This document shows, piece after piece, positions 1 to 11,475 of a DNA stretch of 64,000 bases. Each line of letters opens with the position of its first letter. The first letter of the stretch is position 1. The stretch is from NCBI RefSeq assembly GCF_009834535.1, contig NC_045702.1, forward strand, positions 5,456,001 through 5,520,000. Direction: 5' to 3'. Below the pieces are notes generated by a model, which did not search any database, was not told the DNA's origin, and was given only the letters and a program-made list of their open reading frames with translations. Source of the DNA: Camelus ferus. Lineage: Eukaryota. The position numbers were made by a program, and so were the translations under genes.

Positions 1-3000
1 CACGGCAACCAGCAGCCCCGTCACCCGCTGCTCCTTGACCTCCTGGATCTTGGGCTTATCCCCCGGCGCCACAGCCTTACTCATGACAGTGAGCGCATTG
101 GCATGCGTGACAGAGCGGACAGTGGCAGCAGCCAACCAGGGCAAGCCGAAGAGGGCACAGATGCCACCCATGGCCACAATGAGCAGCAGGTCCAGGTGGA
201 AGCCGGAGCCCTTCTGCAGCATTCGCTCCTTCTTAGAGATGATCAGCCTGAGCGAGGATAGGCACTCACTGAGCCCAACTTGGCAGACAACTTACTCGTC
301 TTTTCAGACACCAGTCACCAGCCTGTCACCTCCATCTCTTTTTGGAACCTCGCGGTCCCTGCCCATTCCGTCAGGAGGGGAGTTCCATCATGGAGCTGAG
401 TCTTATCCGAGTGGCCCCCCGCACCCTCTAGGACAAGCTACCAGCCTGACCTGTGCCTATCTGAGCAAACATCAGTGGGATTTTCTGCTGCCTACAAAGT
501 AAATTCCAGCAGCCAGCCTGGTGGGGGCTCCAACTGCTCCACACACAAGGTCGTTCCTGTCTGCACAGCACCCCCTCTGCTAGGACAACTCACGTGGTGA
601 TCTGCGTCTCCATGAAGATGAGGATGAAGACCAGGATGGCAGGCAGCAGGCTGGCAACCATCATCCACACGGGGAAGGAGCTGTTCTCCCCCAGGGGGTT
701 GATGACCCAGCCTCGCTTCTCTGGGGCTGTCACGGAGACTCCGCTGGGCACGCTCAGCTTCTGCAGAGCAGAGGGTGGGGCCAGAGGCCGGTGAACCTTG
801 GAGGGGGTGCCCTGAGCTGCACTGGGAGGGCATGCTGTGGGAAAGGCCTGGTGTCTGCCCAGTTAAGAGGCAGCTCCGGAGTTGGGGGCCTAGAGGGGAA
901 TGTCGAGTCCTGCCCCAGGCAACACCTCACTGCTGCATGTGCTCCACCGTACCTGGGTGTAGGTGTCCTCAATACTGTAATCCACAAGCACCATGATGAG
1001 GATTGCGATGGGCACCCCAAAGTCCCCAATCACTCGCCGTACCTGTGGGCAAGCACCACACTCAGAGGCCCTACATCTCGCTCCAGCCCTGACTCTGAAT
1101 CACCTCTCTTCCCACCCCCAGCCCCTGCCTCCCTCCAGCCCACACACCCGGCCAGGGAAGAACCGGCTGTTCTTGAACTTGCGCAGGAAGAAGGCGATGA
1201 AGAAGGTGCCAGCCATGAGCACCAGCGACAGCAGGGCCGTGTTGGGCTGGCCCCGAGGCCTCCCCTGCCCAGACGGTCTGGTTGAGCTCCCATTCCCCGG
1301 CCCCAGTGTGGCTTCTGCCCTGGCCCAAGTGATGTTCTCGCCACTGTCTGCCTCGGAGCTATTAGAGACTGAACAGCCGTGGAGAGGGTGTTCCTGGAAG
1401 ATCTGGGGAGAGGACAAAGGATTCCATCAGCTAAACTGGCAACATTTCTGGGACTCAGCTGTACACTGAGTGGGACAGGTGGGGTGGTAGGGCCCGACTG
1501 CCCTCAAGGAGTTTGTCTTAGTGACTGACCAGGGTGACCAGATGTGAGCATAGGACAACTGGGGATTAAGAGAGAGGCTGGTCTAATTCGGGAAAGCAGC
1601 TAGGAACATGGCTCCAGCCCAGCTTGGAAGAGCAGCATATGGAGTGTGGCAGGCCATGAGGCCACACTTCTGATCCTGACACACAGGCATGAGTCTGATG
1701 CCCAAACTGTGACCGTGTTTGTCATCTTGGGGACCTTCCCGTTGGACATTCTGGGTCATTTGCCAGTTTGACAAAAGCGTAAGTTTTCTTTGTTGTTAAA
1801 AATACATGAGTTTTTAAGACTGATCTGAAGCCCTGGTGTGTACATTGGTGACGGGGAGGGTGGGCGTGGTGGGCAGGAGGCAGGACCAGCCCACGCCCTG
1901 GCTGTGGGTTCTGGGCTGCAGCCCAAGGGGGCTCTGAGGGCAGCCTAGCCTCACGCTTGGAGGAGAGAACAGAAAGGGGCAGGACACCCCTGGCTCCCTC
2001 TAGGTCCCAAAGGCTCGCCCCTCCCAGCCCAGTTCCCATCAGGTCCTGCCCACCTTAACCAGCTTGTAGAAGGTCTCGTAGATGAAGATGAGGGAGATGA
2101 GGAAGGCAAAGATCTCCTGGGTGAAACGGGAGACAAAGCGCACCAGGAAGCTCCCCTCCAGGGCCACCATGAGCAAGGCCAGGAGCACCAGCCAGAAGCC
2201 AATCCACACCCGGCCCACCAGGTACTCCAGGTTGTTGCTGCTGCAGAACTGGGGGAGAAGGAGTGGGGAAGGGCACAGTCAGGTTCAGAGCTTGGGGGCT
2301 AACAGGGTGGGAGTGGGTGGGAGTGTTGAGGGAAGAGGAGGGGCAGATGAGCTGGGCCAGAAGAGCCATCCCAAGTGGCCCGTGGACCCTCACCGAGAAG
2401 AAGGCCTCCTCGAAGACCAGCAGGGGCCCTGAGAAGCCGACCACCAGCAGCGGCTGGGCCCCCAGCAGGCAGAAGACCACGCCCTGGAGTGCCGTGGACA
2501 TGATCAGCTCCGACACCCCAATCAGGTCATGCGTCTTCTCTCCTAGGGTGGCAGGAACCAGTTCAGGGGCTGGCGGCCGGGGCCCTGTGTGCTCTGCACC
2601 CCCACCCGAAGCCGCTCCTTACCCAGCAGTCCCCCGAAGGTGATGGCAGGAGACAGGGCCGCAAAGTAGATGAAGATGACGGCGGCCAGGCACTGGGGGT
2701 CGAGTGCATCTCGGAAGTCACTCAGGTAGTGGGGGTAGCGGCGCCGCACATCTCGGATTAGGCCCCCAAAAGGCCGGCCTGTCCGCCGAAGGGGATCATC
2801 TTCCACTGCATCTGCCGCCTCTACCATCTGCAGGAGCGCTGCAACCCAGGCCTCCATCAGGGCACCTGCTGCAGCCCTCTTCCCGCCACCGGGCTCTTCT
2901 CTGCACACAACAGACCACTCTCGGCCAACCCCCTCCAGCCCCAACCCAGACAGCCCAGCCCTGGGCCCCGGCCTGCACTGGCCCGTACCCTTATCTTGGG

Positions 3001-6000
3001 CTGACTTGGGCTCTAGCCCAGGCCCCGTGGGCAACAGCCGGCCCTGCTCCTCTCGCTTCTTGAGCATCTGGCGCTGGAAGTGAGCAACGGATCGCAGCAG
3101 TTCCTCGCCCTGCACTTCCGAGGGTGGCAGCACCACACTGCAGTCCAGGAAGGCGTTGATGGCCGTCAGCAGGTCCTCCCGCTCGTCTGCCAGGTAAGCT
3201 GCCTCATGGAATTGCTGCCAAAGTGGGACCAGGACTGGTGAGGACGCAAGATGAGGGCTGAGGGTCCTGGAGCAAGGCTGGGCAAGATAGGTGGGGGGCA
3301 TCCCAGCTCTGGGGCACAGGGCCCAGCCCAGGGGTGGCTGACCTTGTCGGACATGAGGGTGGAGATGGAGCGGCCGATCTCGTGGTAGTCCATGTTGGCG
3401 CTGCTCGGGCCCAGCAGCAGGAAGAGGAAGCGCACGGGCACTGGCACCTCCAGCACTGCATCCAGCTCCACTGCCTCCCGCAGCCGCACAAAGGCCATGG
3501 TGGGGCGGGAGAGGAACTCCACTGCAGCCTGGGGGTGCGGAGCCGTCATGGGCAAGGGCAGAGCACAGGTCACCTCCCAGGCCCTAGCCCAGTAGAGCGG
3601 CATGGAGGCAGGCCCGGCCGCCGGGACCCCTGCCCCCAACACTCGCCACACATACCCACGAGGACCACCGTAGCCTCAGCATTCTCAGGGATCTTCTCCA
3701 GAAGCTTCAGCTCATGCTTGGACTTGGAGCGAGTGATACCTGCCGAAGGAGCTGGAGGAGGCAGCTCGCGCTGGGGACACAGGAGAACAGAGCTCAGCCT
3801 GCCCGCCCTCCCCTGCAAGTTCCTGCCCGGCTTGCTTGTGGCCCTGCAGCCGCTGTGGTGGCTGGACCTACCCAGGCGGGGCCACTTTCTCCCCTCACCT
3901 CTCGATCCACCTCCAGCCGGGTCTCAGGAACACATCCGATGAGAGGCTCCGTGACATGGGGGTCGCTCTCAGCTCCCTGGCCGTGATGGTGTCCCAGCAG
4001 GGAGCCCAGGGAGCCGGCCGAGATGTTGCGGGGGAAGGAGAAGTCCTTCTCATCACTTGGGTGGCTGGTGGGGCAGGAGGCAGGGAGGTGAGGAGGCCTG
4101 ACAGCCAGGGCTAGGGACAGGTAGGCAGGGTGCAGCGGGTAGGGCCTCACCTGTGTTTCAGTAGCAGGGCCCTCAGCACGTTGGCTCTGTCCTCGGCCTT
4201 GATCTGGTCAGAGATGACCATCTGCTCCACCACCTGGTGAGCCACGCCAGGCAGGGTCTGCTGATCCAGGTCCAAGAGCACAGCCCCTAGGAAAAGGACA
4301 ATGAGGGGCCCTCATCCCCGGGCAAGAAACAAGATTGAAGACAGAGTGGAGGCAGAGCCAGGGACCAGGGGCAGCCAAGTAAGCGCGGTCCAGGCGGGGG
4401 AGCACCGGCCCAGAAATCGGTGAGCAGGGCCCAGCTCTGCCTTGAGGCCCAGGTCCCACTGCCTCTCTGACTCATTCCTTCTGACCTCCCTCCCCCCCAG
4501 AATGTTAGGTTCAGCAGAGGCCATGGAATCCCAGCGGTCAGAGAGGCCACCCAGGCCAGACCCTGCCCAGATGCCCCTTCCAGGAAGCATGCAGCAGGAA
4601 GTGCCCCAGGCCACCCACTTGGACTAGACTCTCAGAAAGTTCCTCCTCTCAGCAAGTTACATGCATGCTGCCTCCTCGGACGTCCACTCTAGGGTCCTAG
4701 CTCTGCCCTCTGGAGCATGATGCGGCCGGCCTGCAGCCTTGTCCATGTGGCTACCCTTGAGCTCTCTGCAGATATTTCCCTCCACCCTGGGCTCCTCAAT
4801 GTCCCCAAGTCCAGCAGCTGCTCAAGGACAGTTTCTAGACCTCTCCACAATGTCACTGCTCTGAGCTACCATTTCATATAGAAATGAAGGTCCTTTCAAA
4901 AGTCACCAGGTCACTTTTCTGTCAAGGTCAGCTTGCAGGAATACAGAACTAAAGGAGAAACAGAACCAAAGGCCCCTAAGCAACCAAAACTGAGATCGCA
5001 AAGCCTGGCGATCAAGCACGTGCACTCTGGCACCTTACCTGAAGCCCTCAAGCCTCACTCAGAGCCTATTTACTCCTAGTTTGGAAACAGTGCTAACAGC
5101 AGGTTTCTTAGTCCTCAGCTGCTTAGAAACAGACCTGCTGACAGCCACTGGGAATGATTCCCCAGCATGAAGGAGGAAACAAGCAAAGAGCAGCAGAAAC
5201 ATCCGACACAGAGCTCAAGAATCCTTTATCTGTGCCCATGCAGTAGAGTTTACACACCCCTACGGGTTAGGTCACACTCCCCAGAATCTCTAGAGTTTCA
5301 GAAAGCATTTGGTCAAAACTGTTAAGCAATGTTGTAGCATCTAAAACATACCAGCTTCAGTGATCTGACAATATCACTTAGAGAAGCTGCTTGCTGAAGA
5401 TGCCAGACAAGAGAGTAGGGTCAGTCCTGCCCTGCAGTCACCCAACGACAGAGCCCGAGGAACGGCAGGCATCGTGAGAAGTGACATCACGACAGGAGAT
5501 GCTCCCTCCTGGGCTCTGGTGACATTACACACCTTGCTGCTCAAGACAAATTTGGGACCATTTGGTCCTCGGAGAACGGGTTCAGGAAAGGGAATCCGTG
5601 GGGCAGGGATGGGCAAGGGAGGAGGGCAGGACAGGTTACCATGGGCCAGGGTCCGACGGAGCTCCAGGAGGCTGCGGAAGGACAGGGAGGCCACGTGGGG
5701 CTTCCCCCAGCGCTCTGTCTCCTCCTCCACGTCCTCCTCAAATTTGATCCAGCGCGCTGTCTCCCGCCACTGAGGCTCCTGGTTTTTGTCCAGCAGCAAC
5801 TCATTCAGTTCCACAAACACCTTGGGGTGGGACGAGAGGGCATAGCAGGATGGAGCTTGTAACCCCGGAGGGCCCGGGGCATAGGCACAGAGCCCAGTGA
5901 GTTACTAACCAACCTGAGACTCTCGCTCGTCTGAGATCACCCACCTCAAAGGGCTGTAATGGGGATTAAAAACACACAAAACATTTACGACGGTACATGA

Positions 6001-9000
6001 CTCACAGTGAGTGTTCGATGAATGGTCACTACACACACACACACACTCTGGGATTTTGTGGGGATCCATTTATATGCACTCAAGAAATAGCAAAACTAAC
6101 TGAGAGTGACAGAAGAGCTGTTACCTTGGAGGATGCTGACCAGGCAGTGGCCCGAAGGAACTTTCTGAGGGTAGGAAGTGTTTTATGTCTAGGTAGGGTT
6201 GGCCAGATATTTACATGTGCAAAGTGTCCCGGAGCTGCACACTTAACCCGAGTGAATTTTACTGTCTGTTCAACCACAATAAAAAGGTTAAAACAAAAAT
6301 TCCACTAGAAGGGTAAGAGTTCAGGACCAGGGCCCTGGAGTCTAAGATGGGCAATGTCACTAAGTAACTGGGTGGCCTTGGCCAGTCACTGCCCCTGATT
6401 TATGGCTGATGCCATCTGGGCCATCGTCTTCACAGGTTGTGGGGAGATCAGATGAGCGCAGAGGTGACTGGATTCTGAAAAATGAAGTGCGATGCTCCAC
6501 AAAGGCGCCTCTGCCCAAACAGTCCTCAAACCCCTCACTGCCAGCTGCCGGAAGACGGCCCGTGATAGAGAATTCAACACGGCTAAGATATGAACCAGAA
6601 CGGCCACACTCAGCAGCACCGTAAGAACTTTGGGGACAGACAGTTCCTAGACTCACTGTAGCAAATGTTTCATAATATACATAAATGCTAAATTGCTATG
6701 TTGTACACCTGAGACTAACAATACTGGGCATCAACTATCTTTCAATGAAAAAAATCAACACTGTCGAAGACGTGCACGTTGCACTCTTGTGTAGTGTACA
6801 ACCTTCATGACTGTCTATGGCAACCCTGGGGCTTGAGATTACTGCTGGTCCAAGGGGTGGGCTGTGGAGAGAAGAGGGATAGGAAGAGAATAGAAGAGTG
6901 TGAGGCGGAGAAATCACCTCATGGGGCTTGTGGGGGGCCCGGGGCCGGGCCCGAGGTGTGGGGCCTGGCTCTCGCCCTTCCCGGACACTCTGCCCAGATG
7001 CTTTGGCATTCTTCCGCACCAAGTGTCGCCGGACCCCAGGAACATCCTCAAAACGGTGACCTGTGTGGGGTGGAGGAACAGGGTCAAAAGCGCCCCTTTT
7101 TTCTTACCCCCACCCCTGTACCCACCCGCTCCGGGCTTGGCCAGGGCCCAGCTCTCACTCTTCATGAGGTCAAGGTCGGCTGTGGCCAGTGTCTGGGCCT
7201 CGCTCTCATCCGTTGGGACCCGGGGCAGCAGGGCCTGCTCAGCCCCGGTCATGCTTCCAATGCGCCTCCTCTCCTGCAGGTTGTAGCTGCGGTGTCCAGG
7301 CTGCGCTTTGGTCAGGGGGCGCCCAGAGGCACCTCCGTCATCACCTCCGGCTGTGCCACCAGCCGCCGCCACCACCTCTTCCACCAGGGCTCTGGACAGA
7401 CAAGCAGCTGTGAGCCTGAGAGGGCTGGCCTCTCCCCCTCGGCCAGGAGCCACGCAGGAGGGACCCAGGAAGGGGACTCCACTGGATCCCAGCCCTCCTC
7501 ACTCCCCACTCTCAGTAGGTAGGTATGGATGTGAAAGAGTGAGGATTCTGGAAGCAGACTGCAGCGTTTAAATCCAGCTCTACCCTTTACTGGCTAGGCC
7601 ACCCAAGCAACCTCACAAGCCACTCGGAACATAAATTCAGCAGCAAGATGGAGCTGAGGCCAGCCTTCTGGGGTGTGGGGAGAGGCGAAGTCCAGAAAAG
7701 GACACAGAGCAGGGCTTGCCCCTCCTCCCAGGCATACCCCTAACAATGGACTTGAGGTTCACAGAGTCCCGTGTTTCTAACCAAACGTAGTAAAGAACAT
7801 GGAAATGGGCCTTTGAAACTGCAGACCCCTCCCCACGTCACGTACACCCTTACAGATTCCGACTTCTGTCCTGTCCCCCAAACTGGGATGCCTCCTTTCT
7901 CTCTGCCATTGCCAAAGGGTCCCTGTCCTGGCCACATCATTCTAAATCCTTCTCCTGGCATCTGGTGCCTCCCGCAGCTCCAAGCCCTGTCCAGTGTCCC
8001 CTGCCCACTGCCAGTCCGTCCCCTGCCAGCCTTTCTCTGCCTACACCCACCTTCTGTGCTCTTGGTTCTGCTCACACCCCTGCCCACAAAACTGACCCAC
8101 TTTTCCAGTGCCGTGCTCTGAGGCTCCCCTACTCCCTCCCGGCCATCCAACCGCCCACAGGTCTGTGCCCCCAGTGCAGATGGCTAGCGTGGACCCAGCT
8201 CCATCCACAGTGCCTGTCCCCCAGCGAGTCTGTGCCACCCTAGAGGGACAATGTGCCCTTCACTTCCCCAAGCCCTTCACACTGCCTGGCACTCAGAAAA
8301 CAACAGGTAGGTGACAGTAGTGACCTTGAGGCCTAGTTCAAAGTGACTTCCTCCAGGAAGCTTTTATTGGCCAACATCCCCAAACTCCGATCACCTGCTG
8401 GTACCCACACCATCCCATGCCAGGTTGTGTGACACAGTAACTTGTTTGGATGCCGTTTCATGAAGTGACAACCAGGGTGGACTGGCAGTTCCCCCACAGC
8501 AAGAAGGGATCTCACACCCTTGGGGCCCCAGGAGGTGCTTGGAGATCACCACGCCAGTCCCTGATCCAGCATTTGACGCTGCTCAACCTGAAGCCATGGG
8601 CAGGGGGATGGTGGGGGAGGGAAGCAGCAGCTTAAACTGCACATTTGTTCTGTGCCAGGCTAAACCATACTGCAACTTTCATTCCCACCACTCTTTAATC
8701 CCGACTATCACCTTATGAGAAAGATTCCATTAGTCTTGGTTTATAGATGAGGAAACGGGGGCTCAGAGACACTGTTACTTGCCCAAAAAGCTACTGACTG
8801 GCAGGACTGGGATTTGATCCCCAGTCTGATGATCTCGAGGCTCATGCTTTTTTTCCCACCTCACCTCACTGATGCCAGCAGGGGAGGTCTCTGTTTGGGG
8901 ACACTCACCCAGTCTGGGCCCCTTTGGTGGCCTGGGGAGCTGCCTCCTGGTGGGGCAGTGGTGGAGGAGGAGATGGACTGGTTGCGTCTGCCTTCCGGTC

Positions 9001-11475
9001 AGCACCTTCATCCTCCTGGAGAAAGAACTAGAACAGGGACCCGTGTGAGCAGGTGATGCCACGCCAGGGACCCTGCCGATATCCTCAGGAGCCCTGCCCC
9101 CATTCACCTGCACTGAAGAAGGTGTGGAGGCAGGGGATGGCTGGGTGAGCGCCCGGGCCCCCTCAGCCTCACTGGCCTCATCCTCCTCTTCCTCGCCCTC
9201 CTCAATGGTAGGGGTCTCCCCAGTCGGGGAGGCTCCAGGGCGCCTGCGAGGCTTCCGTCCTGGCCCCTGGGGTGTCTTTCGGCGCCGGGCATCCGGAGGC
9301 AGGTGGGTGGACAGTGGGTGATGGATGTGGTGGGAGGACTGGCGGTGGTCTGCAGGGAGGAGGAGACCTGGCTGCTGGCAGGTACAGCTTCCCTCCCCCG
9401 CTATCCAACCCCAGCCCCTCCCACCAAGCCCCTAGCTCAGTCCCTGCTGGGCACTCAAGCCAGAGCACCCCGCTGCCTCTCCCGCTTGCCCCTGCCTCCC
9501 TGAGCCCCTCACATTCAAAGTCTTCCTCCCCATAGCTTCGGCCTGGCTCCTCCCCTCCTCGAGACCCAGCCTCCTGGAGGATCTCCTCAAACCGCTCCAC
9601 GCCAAGGGTGCGGTGAAGTTCGTCTTCCTCCTGCTCAGGGAAGCCAGGCGTCACAGGGCCCAAGCTCTCTGGCTCTGGCTGTGAGGAAGAAATGTGGTGA
9701 GAACACAAGACGGATTGTTCCTCGAAACCCCACCTTGCCTCACAGTAGGCTTCTGGTACCCCCCAGTGCCTTCCCCTCCAATGCCAGGGACCCAGACTCT
9801 CCCCAACAGCCTGTCGCCTCAGATGCAGGGGACTCAGTACCCACCCCCAGCAGCCTGTGCCCTCAGTTCTGGGCTATCTGGACCCTGGCTGTGCCATTTC
9901 CAGTCAGTTCCAGGGCAGGTGGAAAGGGTCTGCCCTGGAAGCCTCAGCAGAGATCCTGTGTGCCCACCCCCAAGGCCAGGTGTGTGACCTGGGCAGTTCA
10001 CACAGCTGACAGTGAACATGACTCCTCAGCTGGGAGACAACTAATGAGCCTGAAAAGTTAACTTCCAGAAGTGCTGGAGCTAACTGAGATGGACTTGGTC
10101 TGAGTCAAACTGGAGCCCAGCTCCTAGACAGGGATGTAGCGCTTCGCCTTATCAGGAGAGGCCCCCGCTGGAAGCAGGGGCACCCCACCGGCTCCTCCCC
10201 CATGGAGTGCGGGCCCTCAGCCACCGCCTAGCCCCGCCCCGCCCCACCCCCACTCCCCCACCTGAGTCATACTGCAGGAGCCTGTGGCGGGACTGCGGTG
10301 GCGCTTTGGAGAGCTCAGCCTAGCTAAGCGGCCAGCCGCCTAGCTTGTGACCTTGATCCAGCCCGGCCACCCACCCCTTGCCGGTCTCAGCTCCAGGCAC
10401 CGCCAATATTTGCTCAAGAGCTTCTGGACTCGAAGGGCATCGAGATCTTCAAGGGCAGGGGTACTAGCGCAAGGAAGGGCAAGGGGAGGTGGGCTGGGAA
10501 GAGGGGCGGGCCTTGTGGAGATACCAAGGTGGGGGCAGGAGCAGCTGGGGGTGGGGTGGCAGAGATACTGGACGCAAGGAGATGCAGGAGTCGGGGCGTG
10601 CTTCTCCCCAGTCCACCTCCGCAGCTCTAGCCCAGCTCCCCCCAAGCGCTGGGCCCCACTCTCACCAGAATTAGCCCGCGGGAGGAAGGCGGCGGGAGGC
10701 GGCTGAAACAAGCGAGCGGAGGGAGCTAGCCCGGGGTGGGGGAGGGGGGTCGCGAACCCCTCGCACCTGAGGCCTCAGAAGGAAGTCCATGGCCGGCAGG
10801 GGTGAACTCGGGGAGGGGGGAGGGGACTGGCCGGCGCCCCTTCCCGGTCACGTGCCCCGCTGGGCCAAAGTGACCAATAACAGGCTGATTATAGCACTCG
10901 GGGTTAATCATTATCCTTCCCAGGAAAATCGGGAGGGGGCCACGTGGGGCGCTGGCCACGTGGGGGCCGGGAGGGGCGGGCCTGGGTAGCACGTGGGGCC
11001 GGGGGTTGGGGCGGTCTGCCCAGAAACTCCGTGCAGCCGACTGCCGCTGCCTCTATGACCCAGTTGGTGGGAGGGGGTGATGTCCCTAGGTTAGAGACCC
11101 AGGGTTCCCAAAGTTCCTCCTTTGCAGAGGCTGAACAACCGCCCGGGTCTTCAGGAAATAGGGCCTCAACTCCTTCCCAAGGACTGGAAGCTGCCTGACA
11201 CTCCACCAATTCCTGTCCCAGACCCGGTGTGCTATGCAAGGCCCGAATAGGGATGGCAGTGTCCCTCCCAAGTCCATCACCAGCTTCCCTCCCAGGTCTC
11301 TGTATACACACATACACAAGCACATACACACATGCATACCCCTGTTTGATGCAGACCCTCACCCTTGGCCAGAGCACCGGTGGAAAGGGATGGGAGGGTG
11401 GCCCAGCCAGCCGGCAATACTCACAGTGCGGAAGGAATCTGCGCCCGAGGTGGGGCGCCGGGGGGCGCTGCTCAT
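1..11475 (-). CDS. SLC4A2: Anion exchanger 2 (AE2a), Cl-/HCO3- exchanger; 3' end lies beyond the window start
   Basis: Coding exons in transcription order: 11425-11475 ([17 protein letters not shown]), 9513-9678, 9108-9349, 8909-9027, 7159-7391, 6918-7060, 5640-5820, 4151-4286, 3899-4064, 3656-3770, 3343-3528, 2989-3214, 2623-2838, 2394-2542, 2054-2248, 1148-1402, 953-1042, 594-760, 1-247 (truncated). All introns are GT-AG. Band-3 family motifs are present ([37 protein letters not shown]). Phases join correctly except at exon 3343-3528, which is 1 nt too long (see findings). Confidence 0.97.
5890..6025 (+). mobile_element. Degenerate MIR-like SINE fragment (approximate ends)
   Basis: Resembles the MIR 3' half (cctcaaagggctgtaatggggattaaa...cagtgagtgttcgatgaat). 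Recognised by eye only. Confidence 0.5.
6650..6754 (+). mobile_element. L1 3'-end fragment
   Basis: tgttgtacacctgagactaacaatact...caactatctttcaatgaaaaaaa resembles a laurasiatherian L1 3' terminus with an A tail. Confidence 0.65.
8633..8850 (-). mobile_element. MIR SINE (approximate ends)
   Basis: Contains the MIR core tttatagatgaggaaacgggggctcagaga...acttgccca and gggatttgatccccag. Confidence 0.75.
10262..10270 (-). CDS. SLC4A2: Alternative first coding exon AE2b1 (MTQ)
   Basis: Minus strand reads ATG ACT CAG|GTGGGG, a phase-0 donor compatible with the exon at 9678 (PEPESL). Matches the known AE2b1 N-terminus MTQ. Confidence 0.8.
10767..10790 (-). CDS. SLC4A2: Alternative first coding exon AE2b2 (MDFLLRPQ)
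   Basis: Minus strand reads ATGGACTTCCTTCTGAGGCCTCAG|GTGCGA, a phase-0 donor. Matches the known AE2b2 N-terminus. Confidence 0.88.
10861..10995 (-). promoter_or_regulatory. SLC4A2: AE2b2 internal promoter module: HNF1 site, CCAAT, HNF4-like motif, three E-boxes
   Basis: GTTAATCATTATC at 10903-10915 is one mismatch from the HNF1 consensus GTTAATNATTAAC. GGGCCAAAGTGA at 10862-10873, CCAAT at 10874-10878, CACGTG at 10941, 10957 and 10990. Confidence 0.65.

Noticed and set aside
2821-2838. SLC4A2 acceptor at CAG|ATG (2827)
   Set aside because: It is out of phase with the upstream phase-1 donor. The acceptor at 2838 restores DKALLQM.
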